Assembly: GCA_030390025.1 (NCBI GenBank) | Contig: CM059425.1 | Location: 178,066,001-178,130,000 of the forward strand | Length of the DNA: 64,000 nt | Direction of reading: 5' to 3' | Origin: Squalus acanthias | Taxonomy: Eukaryota | In this document: piece after piece, positions 51,120 to 62,944 of the stretch | Layout: every line of letters begins with the position of its first letter | Position numbering within the stretch: position 1 is the first letter of the stretch | Translations under genes and position numbers: made by a program | The notes under the pieces: model-generated | What the model was told of the DNA's origin: nothing | What the model saw: the letters and a program-made list of their open reading frames with translations, nothing else | The model's database searches: none

Positions 51120-52498
51120 TAAATTTGTTTTTATGGGAAGTGGGCGTCGCTGACAAAGCCAGCATTTATTGCCCATCCCTAATTGCCCTTGAGAAGGGGT
51201 TGGTGAGCCGTCTTCTGGAACCGCTGCAGTCCGTGTGGTTAGGCAGGGAGTTCCAGGATTGCCGATATACTTCTAAGTCAGGATGATGTGTGACTTGGAG
51301 GGGAACTTGGAGGTGGTGGTGTTCCCATGCGTCTGCTGCCCTTGTCCTTCTAGGTGGAAGAGGTCGCGGGATTGGGAGGTGCTGCCGAAGAAGCCTTGGC
51401 GAGTTGCTGCAGTGCATCTTGTAGATGGTACACACTGCAGCCACGGTACGCCGGTGGTGGAGGGAGTGGATGTTTAAAGTGGTACAGGGGGTGCCAATCA
51501 AGCAGGCTGCTTTGTCCTGGATGGTGTCGAGCTTCTTGAGTATTGTTGGAGCTGCACTCATCCAGGCAAGTGGAGAGTATTCCATCACACTCCTTACTTG
51601 TGCCTTGTATATGGTAGAAAGGCTTTGGAGAGTCAGGAGGTGAGACACTTGCCACAGAATACCTAGCCTCTGACCTGCTCTTGTTGCCACAGTATTTATG
51701 TGGCTGGTCCAGTTAAGTTTCTGGTCAATGTTGACCCCCAGGATGTTGATGGTGGGGGACTCAGTGATGGTAATGCCATTGAATGTCAAGGGGCGGTGTT
51801 TAGACTCTAGCTTGTTGGAGATAGTCATTCCCTGGCACTTCTGTGGCGCGAATGTTACCTGCCACATATCGGCCCAAGCCTGAATGTCGTCCAGGTCTTG
51901 TTGCATGCGGGCATGGACTGCTTCATTATCTAAGGAGTTGTGAATGGCACTGAACACTGCAGTCATCAGCGAACATCCCCATTTCTGATCTTATGTTGGA
52001 GGGAAGGTCATTGATGAAGCAGCTGAAGATGGTTGGGCCGAGGACATTGCCCTGAGGAACTCCTGCAGCGATATCCTGGGGCTGTGATGATTGACCTTCA
52101 ATCACCACAACCATCTTCCTTTGTGCTAGGTATGACTCCAGCCAGTGGAGAGTTTTCCCCCCGATTCCCATTGACTTCAGTTTTACTAGGGCTCCTTCAT
52201 GCCACACTCGGTCAAATGCTGCCTTGATGTCAAGGGCAGTCACTCTCACCTCACCTCTGGAATTCAGCTCCTTTGTCCATGTTTGGACCAAGGCTGTAGT
52301 GAGGTCGGCAGCTGAGTGATCTTGGCAGAACCCAAACTGAGCATCAGTGAGCAGGTTATTGGTGAGTAAGTGTCACTTGATAGCACTGTCGATGACACCT
52401 TCCATCACTTTGCTGATGATTGAGAGTAGACTGATGGGGCGGTAATTGGCCAGATTGGATTTGTCCTGCTTTTTGTGGACAGGACACACCTGGGCAGT
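51120..52498 (-). mobile_element. CR1-group LINE, same family as 40390-42330, inverted
   Basis: ALDIKAAFDRVWH, MFADD; same 3' UTR. Confidence 0.9.
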
Positions 52499-52519
52499 TA
52501 CCCAGAGTTTATTTAATTC

Positions 52520-52799
52520 TAAAACAAAAACAGAAAATGCTGGAAATACTCAGCAGGTCAGGCAGCATCTGTAGAGAGAGAAACAGAGTTAACATTTCAG
52601 GTCGATGACCTTTCGTCAGAACTGGAAAGAGTTAGAGATGTAACAAGTTTTAAGCAAGTACAGATGCAGGGAAAGGGGGAGGGGAGGAAAGAACAAAAGG
52701 GAATGTCTGTGATAGGGTGGAAAGCAGGAGACATTGAAAGACAAAAGGGTGATGGTGCGAGGCAAAAGGAGATGGTAATGGGACAAGTAAAGAAACAGA
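52520..52799 (-). mobile_element. Penelope-like 3' end
   Basis: Reverse complement of the pLTR tail. Confidence 0.8.
52587..52623 (-). ncRNA. Minimal hammerhead ribozyme
   Basis: - strand AGTT-CTGACGA-aAGGTC atc GACCT-GAAA-TGTT-AACT. Confidence 0.75.
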
Positions 52800-54336
52800 G
52801 GCCGCGATTTCGCCAACGGAGAGGTGGTGGTGGGTCCTGGTCCCGCTCTTGGCTCCAGCCCGCTCTCTCCAAGTGATTTTACATTGATTGGGCTTGTTAA
52901 GCCCGCCCTGCGCATTTCCCGACCAATTAAAAGGAAGTGGGTCTGATGACGTCATTTGATGACTCCTCATCAGCCGATTTCCTTAAAGGGGCCATGTCCA
53001 CATTCATTTTGACAGTTGTTCTGTCAGTGTTCTGCAGCATTGAGGTGCTGCAAACACTGACAAGCACTGCACAAAGGTGGACAGCTGCACCCAGGCTCTC
53101 GCATGACTCCCTCCATATGCTTATGAAGGGAGACACAGCACGCAGGGAGGTTCTCTTCCCCTTCCATGGGCAGAAGAGACCTTCCCAGGACACCAACGCA
53201 GCCTGGTTGCACATTGCACAGGAGGGCAAAAGCAGGGATGTCATCAGGAGTGCCTGGCTGCAGTGGCGCAAACCATTCAATAATCGGAGCAAACCATTCA
53301 ATAATCGGAGCAGATCACGAAACATTACTGCCAAGCCACACTCAACCTCATCCTACTGTGCCACTCATCACATCCACATCACTCTGCCTTCCTTACCCTA
53401 CTGTACTTCTGCACATCTTTACTCACACCAACTTACCTTGCACCTCCACCCATCCCTCTCTATCTACATTATCACTTCCCCATCTCAATAGCCACCCCTC
53501 ACACTCACCCTCATTCTGCTGCAAGCCTACCAACTAACAACACACAAGGGTAGGCACTTGAGAGGTTTAGCCAATGTCCATGTGAAGTTTCTATTAATGT
53601 GATGTCAAACATTGAAATCTATATTTTCAACACTTTACCTTACTGGACAGATCTGTGCTCATCTTTAGAAGTGTCTTAGTGAGTTCCAGTGAATGTTGTG
53701 ACATAACTCTCTCCCCCCCCCCCCCCAATAATTGTAATGAGTGTGAAAGGAATGGCTTGGACATTATAAGGATGCTTTATGGTGCTGGTGTGGGGTGGTG
53801 TCAACCTGGCGCATCATGTGGCAGCCAGGGTGTACAGCATCAAGTGAATTAAATCTGGCCATGGTGATGCCATCGCTGGCCTCCTGGGCAGAAATGTTGT
53901 CGGGTGCTGATGCCCTGTGTCCTGTGCAGCATCAGGTGATTGCGGAGAAGGTTGATGTTGTTGTTGGTGATGTTGTTGGTGATGTTGGTGTGCCTGGTGA
54001 TGTTAGTGTTGGGGCTGATCGTGGAGGGATTCAGAGGACCAAGGTGAGATTTTTTCAAGGGCACCGATGTTGCTGGAATAGATGGCAGCTGAAGTTGAGA
54101 TGACAGAAGCGATCTGTCAATGGTGAGAGAGCTTGCTCCAAGGAGCTGACAGTGGATAGAGAGTTTACTCCAACACTTCCAAACTGCATACAGCTCAAAA
54201 GTGTCTTCTGAGTCCTGAAAGCTCAAGCTTCTGACATTGGAAAGTGACCAGCTGTGAAATGGTAGCTTTCATATCACTTTTGCAGCTGTCACCCATTCAC
54301 AGCAATGGGGAGACATAGAGAACCCAACCTACTTAC

Positions 54337-54530
54337 TGTGGTAACACAATACAGCTTCCTGCGACTCGAACTTTATTGCATCACTTCCTGTGATTAGTCC
54401 AGGATAAATACTGGACTGATCAGTTGGATCCTGGAGAGGCATAGAGTAAGACCTCTTTTGTATGTAGCACCTTTTTAGTTGATTAAAGCTTACTTTAAGT
54501 TCACCACGCGTAAGGCTCATTCTTACGACA
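54337..54530 (+). repeat. 5' LTR
   Basis: tgtggtaac...cttacgaca; ATTAAA poly(A) signal. Confidence 0.96.
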
Positions 54531-54608
54531 ATTTAATCAACTTTGGAAAACTTCGCACTCAAACTTTTTGGACGAACTCGGAACTAAGGATCCAGGGAAT
54601 CACCCATC

Positions 54609-57600
54609 ATGGAAAACATCCTTAAACCATCGCGTCTTGACTTGGACCCAAACACCCCAGCAGCCGGTAAGGTGTGGAAACACTGGTATCGCACATTTGA
54701 AAATTTTCTTGAATATTGCAAGGCTGATGATAACTCAAAGTTGCGGATACTCATCAACTGTGTCACCCCGAATGTATTTCAGTATGTGGAGGAATGGGAC
54801 AGTTACAAGGAGGCAATTCGGACGCTTAAGAGACTATATACTAAGACACCGAATGAGGTCTATGCCAGACATCTACTAGCTACAGCCCAACAAGGGCCGG
54901 AGGAATCCATTGAGAAATTCCTCCAAGAGCTTCGCAGACTTAGCATGGACTGTAACTTTAAGGCGGCCTCAGCTGAGCTGTACCGTGAAGAAATGATCCG
55001 TGATGCTTTCATCTGCGGTCTTGCCTCCCCATTTATACGCCAGCGTCTACTGGAAAGTAAGACACTTGAGCTTCAGAGAGCTTATGACATGGCTTGCTCT
55101 CTAGATCTGGCAAAAAGAAATGCAGACCTTTATACAGTGACCAGACCTCGGTCTACTGCCTTAACTACAGTCAGGCAATTTAAGAGGCCACAGGTGAACT
55201 CTATTAGGGAGGTCTTTATCCCTGACGATCAATCTGATGACTTCACTGATGAAGAGGATGATGATCCCACTGTGGCAGCCTCTTGGCAATCTAAGAAATG
55301 CTTCTTTTGTGGTGATGAGTTCCACCCTCGGAAATTCTGTCCTGCTCGCAATGCGTTTTGCAGTCATTGCAACAAAAAGGGTCATTTTGCAAAGGTTTGC
55401 CTATCAAGAGCCTCTACGAGGGCTTATCAAGCTAAGTCCTACCGAACTGCCCCGGTAAGGGCCTATCAAGATGTTCCGGCTAAAATCTATCGTGCTTCCT
55501 CTCGAAGAAACACACCTAGAGTTTCAGCCACTCTTTGTGCAACGACACCAATTACAGCTGCTTGTCCTCAGAACCTATTCCATGCAGCTACAAAAGCATC
55601 AATTAATGGACATACTTTAGATGCCTTAATTGACTCAGGTAGCACTGATAGTTTCATTAGGGAACAGATTGTTGCAGAGTTAAAGCTACATGTTTTCCCA
55701 TCGGACCAGGCAGTTGCAATGGCTCAGTCATCACTTAATACCAGAATTTCTGGCTTTTGTATGGTTGAAATAACACTTAATGGTCGCAGGTATCCCTCCA
55801 CCCGGCTTTCGGTGCTCAAGGACTTATGTAGTGATCTTATCTTAGGGCTGGATTTTCAAAAGCAGCATAAGAAGCTCACCATTGAGTTCGGCGGATCCAA
55901 ACCTGAACTCACTATTTCTAATATACTACCTCGATTACCGTTCTGTGCATTGTCAGCAGCTTCACTGGATGAACCCTCACTGTGTTCCAGTATCCCTCCT
56001 CGATGCAAACCGATTATAACAAAGTCACGACGTTTCAGTCAGGAAGACCAGTCTTTTATTGCGGCTGAGATTTCTCGGCTTTTAGCAGAGGATATCATCG
56101 AGCCTTGTTCGTCGCCATAGCGCGCCCAGGTCGTTATTGTTAAGAACCCTCTACAACCTCACAAGAAACGGCTGTGCATTGACTATTCACAGACCATCAA
56201 TCAATATACGGACTTGGACGCATACCCATTGCCGCGCATCGATGATATGGTTAATAAACTGGCTGAGTACACGGTGTTCTCAACATATGATCTGAAAAGT
56301 GCCTATCATCAGGTACCCTTGAAGGTCTCAGACAAGCAGTATACGGCCTTTGAAGCCAATGGACGGCTGTATCAATTTCATCGCCTCCCCTTTGGGGTCA
56401 CTAATGGAGTGGCTGTCTTCCAGCGAGCAATGGATGACCTGGTCAAACAGGAAGACTTGAAGGATACGTTTCCTTATCTGGACAATATTACTGTCGCAGG
56501 TCGCAATCAGCGGGAACATGACGCCAATCTCCAACGATTTTGGGATGCACTCCAGCACCGTAATTTGACATTAAATGCGGCTAAATCCATTGAGTCACAA
56601 CCAACCATCAACATCCTTGGCTATTGTGTGGGCAATGGCATCATTAAACCTGACCCTGAAAGGCTTCGCCCACACCAAGAACTCCTGCCACCTAAGAATC
56701 CGGCCTCCTTGCGCCGGGCCCTCAGCCTGTTTGCATACTATGCTAAATGGATTCCTAACTTCTCGGACCGAATCCAACCTCTACTGAAGGCCAGCACATT
56801 CCCACTAGACACAGCGGCTGTTGCAGCCTTTAACCACCTGAAAAAACAGTTGGAGAAAGCGGCTCTTCACTCCATCGATGAGAGTCTTCCTTTTGTTGTT
56901 GAGTGTGATGCCTCGGAGGTGGCGCTCTCGGCCACTCTGAATCAGGAAGGTCGTCCGGTGGCATTTTTGTCCAGGACTTTTCAAGGGGCTGAGCTACATT
57001 ATCCTCCAGTCGAGAAAGAAGCTACAGCCATCATAGAGGCAGTACGGAAGTGGAGTCATCTCCTAGCTCGCCAGCACTTTACCTTAATCACGGACCAGCG
57101 ATCGGTCGCCTTCATGCTCGATAATCGAAAACGGACCAAAATTAAAAATAATAAAATCCAGCTTTGGCGGCTGGAATTGGCCTCTTTTGGTTACACCATC
57201 CACTATCGACCTGGCAAGGAGAATGTGGCTCCGGATACCCTCACACGAGCATTCTGCTCCGCCATGGCACCCTCTACGCTCGTAGACATCCATGATGGGT
57301 TGTGTCATCCGGGCGTTACTCGCATGCTACACTTCGTGCGGTCCCGAAATCTCCCATTCTCTACCGGGGATGTAAAGAAGATGTGCTCGGACTGCAGAGT
57401 CTGTGCGGAATTGAAACCTCGGTTTTTCCGCCCCTCGGGTGGTATACTCATACATGCGACCCAGCCAATGCAACGGCTTAGCATCGATTTTAAGGGGCCG
57501 TTGCCCTCTTCAACTCGCAACACTTATCTATTGACCATGGTCGATGAGTATTCCCGTTTTCCGTTTGCCTTTCCCTGCCCCAATATGCTGACGACCACGG

Positions 57601-58547
57601 TTATCAGCTGCCTTGAGCAGGTATTTGCTTTCTGTGGCATGGCATCCTATGTTCATTCGGATCGGGGCCCTTCTTTTATGTCAGGAGAACTCAAGGCCTA
57701 TCTCTCGGAACGGGGTATTGCTGCCAGCAAAACGACGCCTTATCATCCGGTCGGGAATGGGCAAGTCGAGCGTTTTAACGCTATCATCTGGAATGCGGTA
57801 CGTCTGGCTTTGAGATCTCGGGGCCTACCCAACCAGCAATGGGAAGCAGTACTTCCAGACGCATTACACTCCACACGGTCCCTCCTTTCGACCGCCACAA
57901 ACACGACGCCTCATGAACGGTTCTTCCGATTTCAGCGTCGCTCATCCTATGAGATATCTCTCCCATCGTGGCTGACTGCACCGGGACCAGTGCTACTCCG
58001 AAGATATGTCCGGGCGTCTAAGAATGACCCCCTGGTAGATGAGGTTGAGCTCACTGACGTCAACCCTACCTACGCCTATATTCGGTATCCTGACGGTCGG
58101 GAATCTACCGTGTCATTGCGGGATCTGGCTCCCTGCCCGCCGAAACATAGAGGGACACCAGGGGATGATATTGTACCAGGCACATCTCTGGGCTCGCCAG
58201 GTGCCTCTCATCACAATCTGGATCTGACGCCGGCTGGTACCTCACTCCAGCATGCTGACCTGGGGCAGACTGACTATGAGCCCGTCGGGGCTCGCATGCG
58301 CAGCCACGATCCACCCTGTACCGTACGCTCGGAAACGGATCTGCCACAGCCCTGCCCGACACCCGTTCGGGCACCAGTACACAGTCAGGATCGTCCTGAC
58401 CTCTCACAGAGCGGACTGGATCACTCGGACTCTGGTCCACGGCCCGCGGCGGGTAAACGGGCTAGGGGCCCTCTACCGCTACGAGAACCCAAACGGGTGC
58501 GGCTCTCCCTTGTCCAACGGCTACGAAATGGAGGGAGAATGTGGTAA
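54609..58547 (+). pseudogene. Single-frame gag-pol with one in-frame stop (56118-56120)
   Basis: Two CX2CX4HX4C knuckles, LIDSGS protease, YDLKSAY/YLDN RT, CDAS RNase H, HHCC plus D-D-E integrase; ORFs 54609-56120 and 56214-58547 share the same frame. Confidence 0.92.
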
Positions 58548-58609
58548 CACAATACAGCTTCCTGTGACTCGAACTTCATCCCGGCCTCCTAATCTTTTGG
58601 GGGGGAGAA

Positions 58610-58803
58610 TGTGGTAACACAATACAGCTTCCTGTGACTCGAACTTTATTGCATCACTTCCTGTGATTAGTCCAGGATAAATACTGGACTGATCAGTTGG
58701 ATCCTGGAGAGGCATAGAGTAAGACCTCTTTTGTATGTAGCACCTTTTTACTTGATTAAAGCTTACTTTAAGTTCACCACGCGTAAGGCTCATTCTTACG
58801 ACA
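58610..58803 (+). repeat. 3' LTR
   Basis: Preceded by PPT gggggggagaa; followed by TSD cttac. Confidence 0.96.
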
Positions 58804-59295
58804 CTTACCTGACATGATCACCGAGCGATGGGAACCTCATTAAAAAAAGTGGGAAAATAGAAATAGGCTGGCAAAATAGCAGTTAACAAGCATTTAACCA
58901 TCATAAATGCCTCCCCAGCCGTTTGGTGTCAGGTCTGTTCTGAAATTGCAGACCCGACACTTTGGAAACTTATATGGAGGCGGGTTCGGAGCAGGCTCCC
59001 AACCCACTGTCAATCATTTCAATTTTGACAGCGGACCCGCCTCCAAACCCGCACTCTGAGCGCCGGCAAAATTCAGCCCAGAGTATTTTTTTGCCAGTAG
59101 CAGTTGTTGCAGCAGATACCTTTCACTCTATCTGAGTGATGTGTGATGACATCCACCTGGAAGGATTAACAATTCTAACATAATAATTGAGTTTATTGAG
59201 TGCCAGTCAACAGTTGATTACTGGGAAATAATAGTCAATATATACAGTAAAAGCATAATTAATGAATTACTAATTAGCGATTTCTGCTTCACTAG

Positions 59296-59459
59296 GCTTT
59301 GGATAGTCAGGATGCTATTAAGCTACCAGCATCACTGAAATCCATCATGGACACATGGACGATGCAGGAAGGATACCCTGTTCTAACAGTTAATACATCA
59401 AGTGGCACCATAACACAGGAACAGTACTTTGCAAAATCAGTGGAAAACAGAATTTCAAA
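59296..59459 (+). CDS. lvrn: M1 aminopeptidase exon G, 164 bp
   Basis: actag|GCT...AA|gtatgt; ALDSQDAIKLPASLKSIMDTWTMQEGYPVLTVNTSSGTITQEQYFAKSVENRIS contains the IMDxWTxQxGYP motif. Confidence 0.92.
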
Positions 59460-61088
59460 GTATGTATGATATTTTACTTTCTAATGTGTTGTCAGTCATT
59501 CTTTTTTCCCACCAGCGATAGGTAGGTAACTTCAACTACCTACCAGAGAACAAAATTATTTCCATCCCTAAATTTGTGCTGTATATTTTCCCCTTCATAT
59601 AATGCAGCATTTATTTCTATGCTTTTGCAACCTTTTACTAGATTACAGCCTGACCATTATTGGATAAGGTACTTTTGTTGCTGTTAAGCTGAGAATCCTT
59701 CTTTAAAAAGTACTTTACTTCCTGTCCTCTTTTGAACCTCCTATATTATGCATCATCTAAAGCCAGAAAGAGTAACTAGATGTCAAGTCTCTGCCTCTGC
59801 CATTCTGAGACCAGCTACCCAGTGAGGTGACTTTGGGTGAAACCTCCATCTAATTTCACCTTCTTCTCACAGCAGCATGACTGAGGTTGGTAATTCAGCA
59901 TGTGGGGGATCACAGGTGTGAACCTGCATCCCATCATTCCTTGACTTGGTGCTCCAATACATTGTGCCATTGTGGTACTACAGCTCAAACTTCAGTCCAG
60001 AAACAAATTTTGGTCATGTTGCTCTGGGTTACCATTCTAAAGGATTGAGAACAAGGCAAACTGGCCTAGGAAAGATCCCTTCCCATACCACTCTAGGCCA
60101 TTTTGTGGTAGGTCAACCAAGCAATGATACTGATGTGTTTCCAGAGAATTGGAGAGAAAGTAAAACAGTGTTTATAAATTACTTATACGCATATAATATT
60201 TCACAAAATATGTGTCCTTATCAAGTTTATCAAGTTTAACTTCAATTCAACTTAATAACTTTAGGCTGCAGAATTAGAATTATGTATAAGGAATAGTCTG
60301 AGGAAGAAAAATAAAATCAAGAAATATATCACCAGGACCCCTCCTCCCATCATTACCCACAAATTATCAACCATTATCCCAGTAGATAAACCGATCTTCT
60401 CTACCTACCAATATTTCCATTATTATATCTATGTGCATGTCTTACTAAAAATATTATATCTGCACACCCTTCCTGCCTGCATATGACTTCTAGTTGTTAT
60501 ATTTTTGTCACACTTTGCCTGCCAACTTTTTATCTTCATAAATTCCTGTGTCCACATTTAGAATGGGTTTTCTATATGTAAACATGCAAAGCTGCAATTA
60601 AACAATTTGACCACCAGGTAATTGTGGAGCAGGTTTGTAAGCTTTCACTAACAACTCATTCACTTGCTTCTCGCTGCTGCCTCTCAGCACCCTCACGAAT
60701 TTAGATTAAAACATTTTTTTAAATCAAAAACTGGCCTACAAATAATTTTTTTTTCAAGCCGCCACTGCCACCTTACCAATAGCCTATTTAAGGCCCTGCT
60801 GCTCGCTGGCAAAGGCTCGGCACCCATTCAAGTCCCCCAGCTTGCTACTGTAAGCCACTCACTCAATCAAGGCTCCATTGTGCCTGGCAATGCAGTGCTG
60901 GTTGCCTGGATTTGAATTTTGTGGTTCAACTATTCTTAATCTGTAGAAGGCTGGCAAGGATGCTGTTACTTTATGGAACTGGTTGTAATCTGTAGGGGAT
61001 TTACAGGGACATAGTTAACTTATGGACTCAATATCACATATGGGGACCTGAGCTATGAAGCAGATGACATTAAAGCCGTACACAATAC

Positions 61089-62936
61089 AGAATAAAGGAA
61101 AATCCTAAGATGTTTTATAAGTATATTAAGGGTAAGAGGATAACTAGGGAAAAAATAGGGCCCATTAGGGACAAAAGTGGCAATCTGTGTGTGGAGCCGG
61201 AAGATGTAGGTGGGGTTCTAAATGAATTTTTTGCATCTGTTTTCACTATGGAGAAGGACGATGCAGACATAAAATTAGGGCAGGGGGACTGTGATATACT
61301 CGAACATTTTAACATCGAGAGGAAGGAGGTATTGGCGGTTTTAGCAGGTCTAAAAATGGATAAATCCCCAGGTCCGGACGAAATGTATCCCAGGCTGCTG
61401 TGTGAGGCAAAGGAGGAGATTGCGGGGGCTCTAACACATATATTCAGAACCTCTCTGGCCACAGGGCATGTGCCAGAGGACTGGAGAACCGCTAATGTAG
61501 TACCATTATTCAAGAAAGGGAGTAGGGAAAAACCGGGGAACTACAGGCCAGTGAGCCTAACATCAGTGGTAGGAAAATTATTGGAAAAAATTCTGAGGGA
61601 CAAAATTAGTCTCCACTTGGAGAGGCAAGGATTAATCAGGGTTAGCCAACATGGCTTTGTCAAGGGAGATCATGTCTGACTAATTTGATTAAATTTTTGA
61701 GGGGGTGACTAGGTGTGTGGATGAGGGTAACGCAGTGGATGTGGTATACATGGATTTCAGTAAGGCCTTCGATAAAGTCCCGCACAGGAGACTGGTCAAG
61801 AAGGTAAGAGCCCATGGAATCCAGGGTGCCTTGGCACATTGGATACAAAACTGGCTCAGTGGCAGAAGGCAGAGGGTGATGGTCGAAGGTTGTTTTTGTG
61901 ACTGGAAGCCTGTGGCCAGTGGGCTACTACAGGGATCGGTGCTGGGTCCCTTGCTGTTTGTGGTCTACATTAACGACTTGGATATGAATGTAAAAGGTAT
62001 GATCAGTAATTTCGTGGATGATACAAAAATTGGTAGGGTGGTAAATAGTGAGGAGGGTAGCCTCAGTCTGCAGGACGATATAGATGGGTTGGTCAGATGG
62101 GCGGAACAGTGGCAAATGGAATTTAATCCGGAAAAGTGCGAGGTGATGCACTTTGGAGGGACTAACAAGGCAAGGGAATACACAATGAATGGTAAGACCC
62201 TAGGCAAGACGGAGGGTCAGAGAGATCTTGGTGTGCAAGTACACAGATCCCTGAAGGCGGCGGAACAGGTGGATAAGGTGGTAAAAAAGGCATATGGGAT
62301 ACTTGCATTCATTAGCCGAGGCATAGAGTATAAGAGCAAGGAGGTTATGATGGAGCTGTATAAAACACTGGTTAGGCCACATCTGGAATACTGTGTGCAG
62401 TTCTGGTCGCCACACTACAGGAAGGATGTGATCGCTTTGGAGAGGGTGCAGAGGAGATTCACCAGAATGTTACCCGGGCTGGAGTGCTTCAGCTATGAAG
62501 AGAGACTGGGCAGATTGGGTTTGTTTTCCTTGGAGCAGAGGAGGCTGAGGGGGGACATGATTGAGGTGTACAAAATTAGAGGGGCATAGATAGGATGGAT
62601 ACTAAGGAGCTTTTTCCCTTAGTAGAGGGGTCTATAACAAGGGGGCATAGATTCAAGGTAAAGGGCGGGAGGTTTAGAAGGGATTTGAGAAAGAACTTTT
62701 TCACCCAGAGGGTGGTTGGAATCTGGAACTCACTGCCTGAAAGGGTTGTGGAGGCAGGAACCCTCACAACATTCAAGAAGCATTTGGATGAGCACTTGAA
62801 ATGCCATAGCATACAAGGCTACGGACCAAATGCTGGAATATGGGATTAGATTAGACAGGGCTTGATGGCCGGCGCGGACACGATGGGCCGAAGGGCCTCT
62901 ATCCGTGCTGTATAACTCTATGACTCTATGACTCTA
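61089..62936 (+). mobile_element. 5'-truncated CR1 LINE
   Basis: KSPGPD, YMDFSKAFD, FVDDTK; two frameshifts; (ctatgact)n tail. Confidence 0.92.
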
Positions 62937-62944
62937 GTGTAGAT

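Larger units (their letters stand above)
54337..58803 (+). mobile_element. Full-length Ty3/Gypsy LTR retrotransposon
   Basis: 194-bp TG..CA LTRs with 2 mismatches; 5-bp TSD CTTAC; PPT; gag-PR-RT-RH-IN order. Confidence 0.97.
52800..59079. mobile_element. Non-autonomous Harbinger element (sister of 45789-48320) hosting the Gypsy insertion
   Basis: Termini ggccgcgatttcgcc / ggcaaaattcagccc; AGA on both flanks; Myb-like relic at ~53075-53300; colinear with the sister copy. Confidence 0.78.

Noticed and set aside
3369..59459. Calling the gene ANPEP
   Set aside because: The exon pattern fits either gene, but DIIALP, SYLKTxSYSNA and LPAxxKxIMD favour LVRN; not settled without phylogeny or synteny
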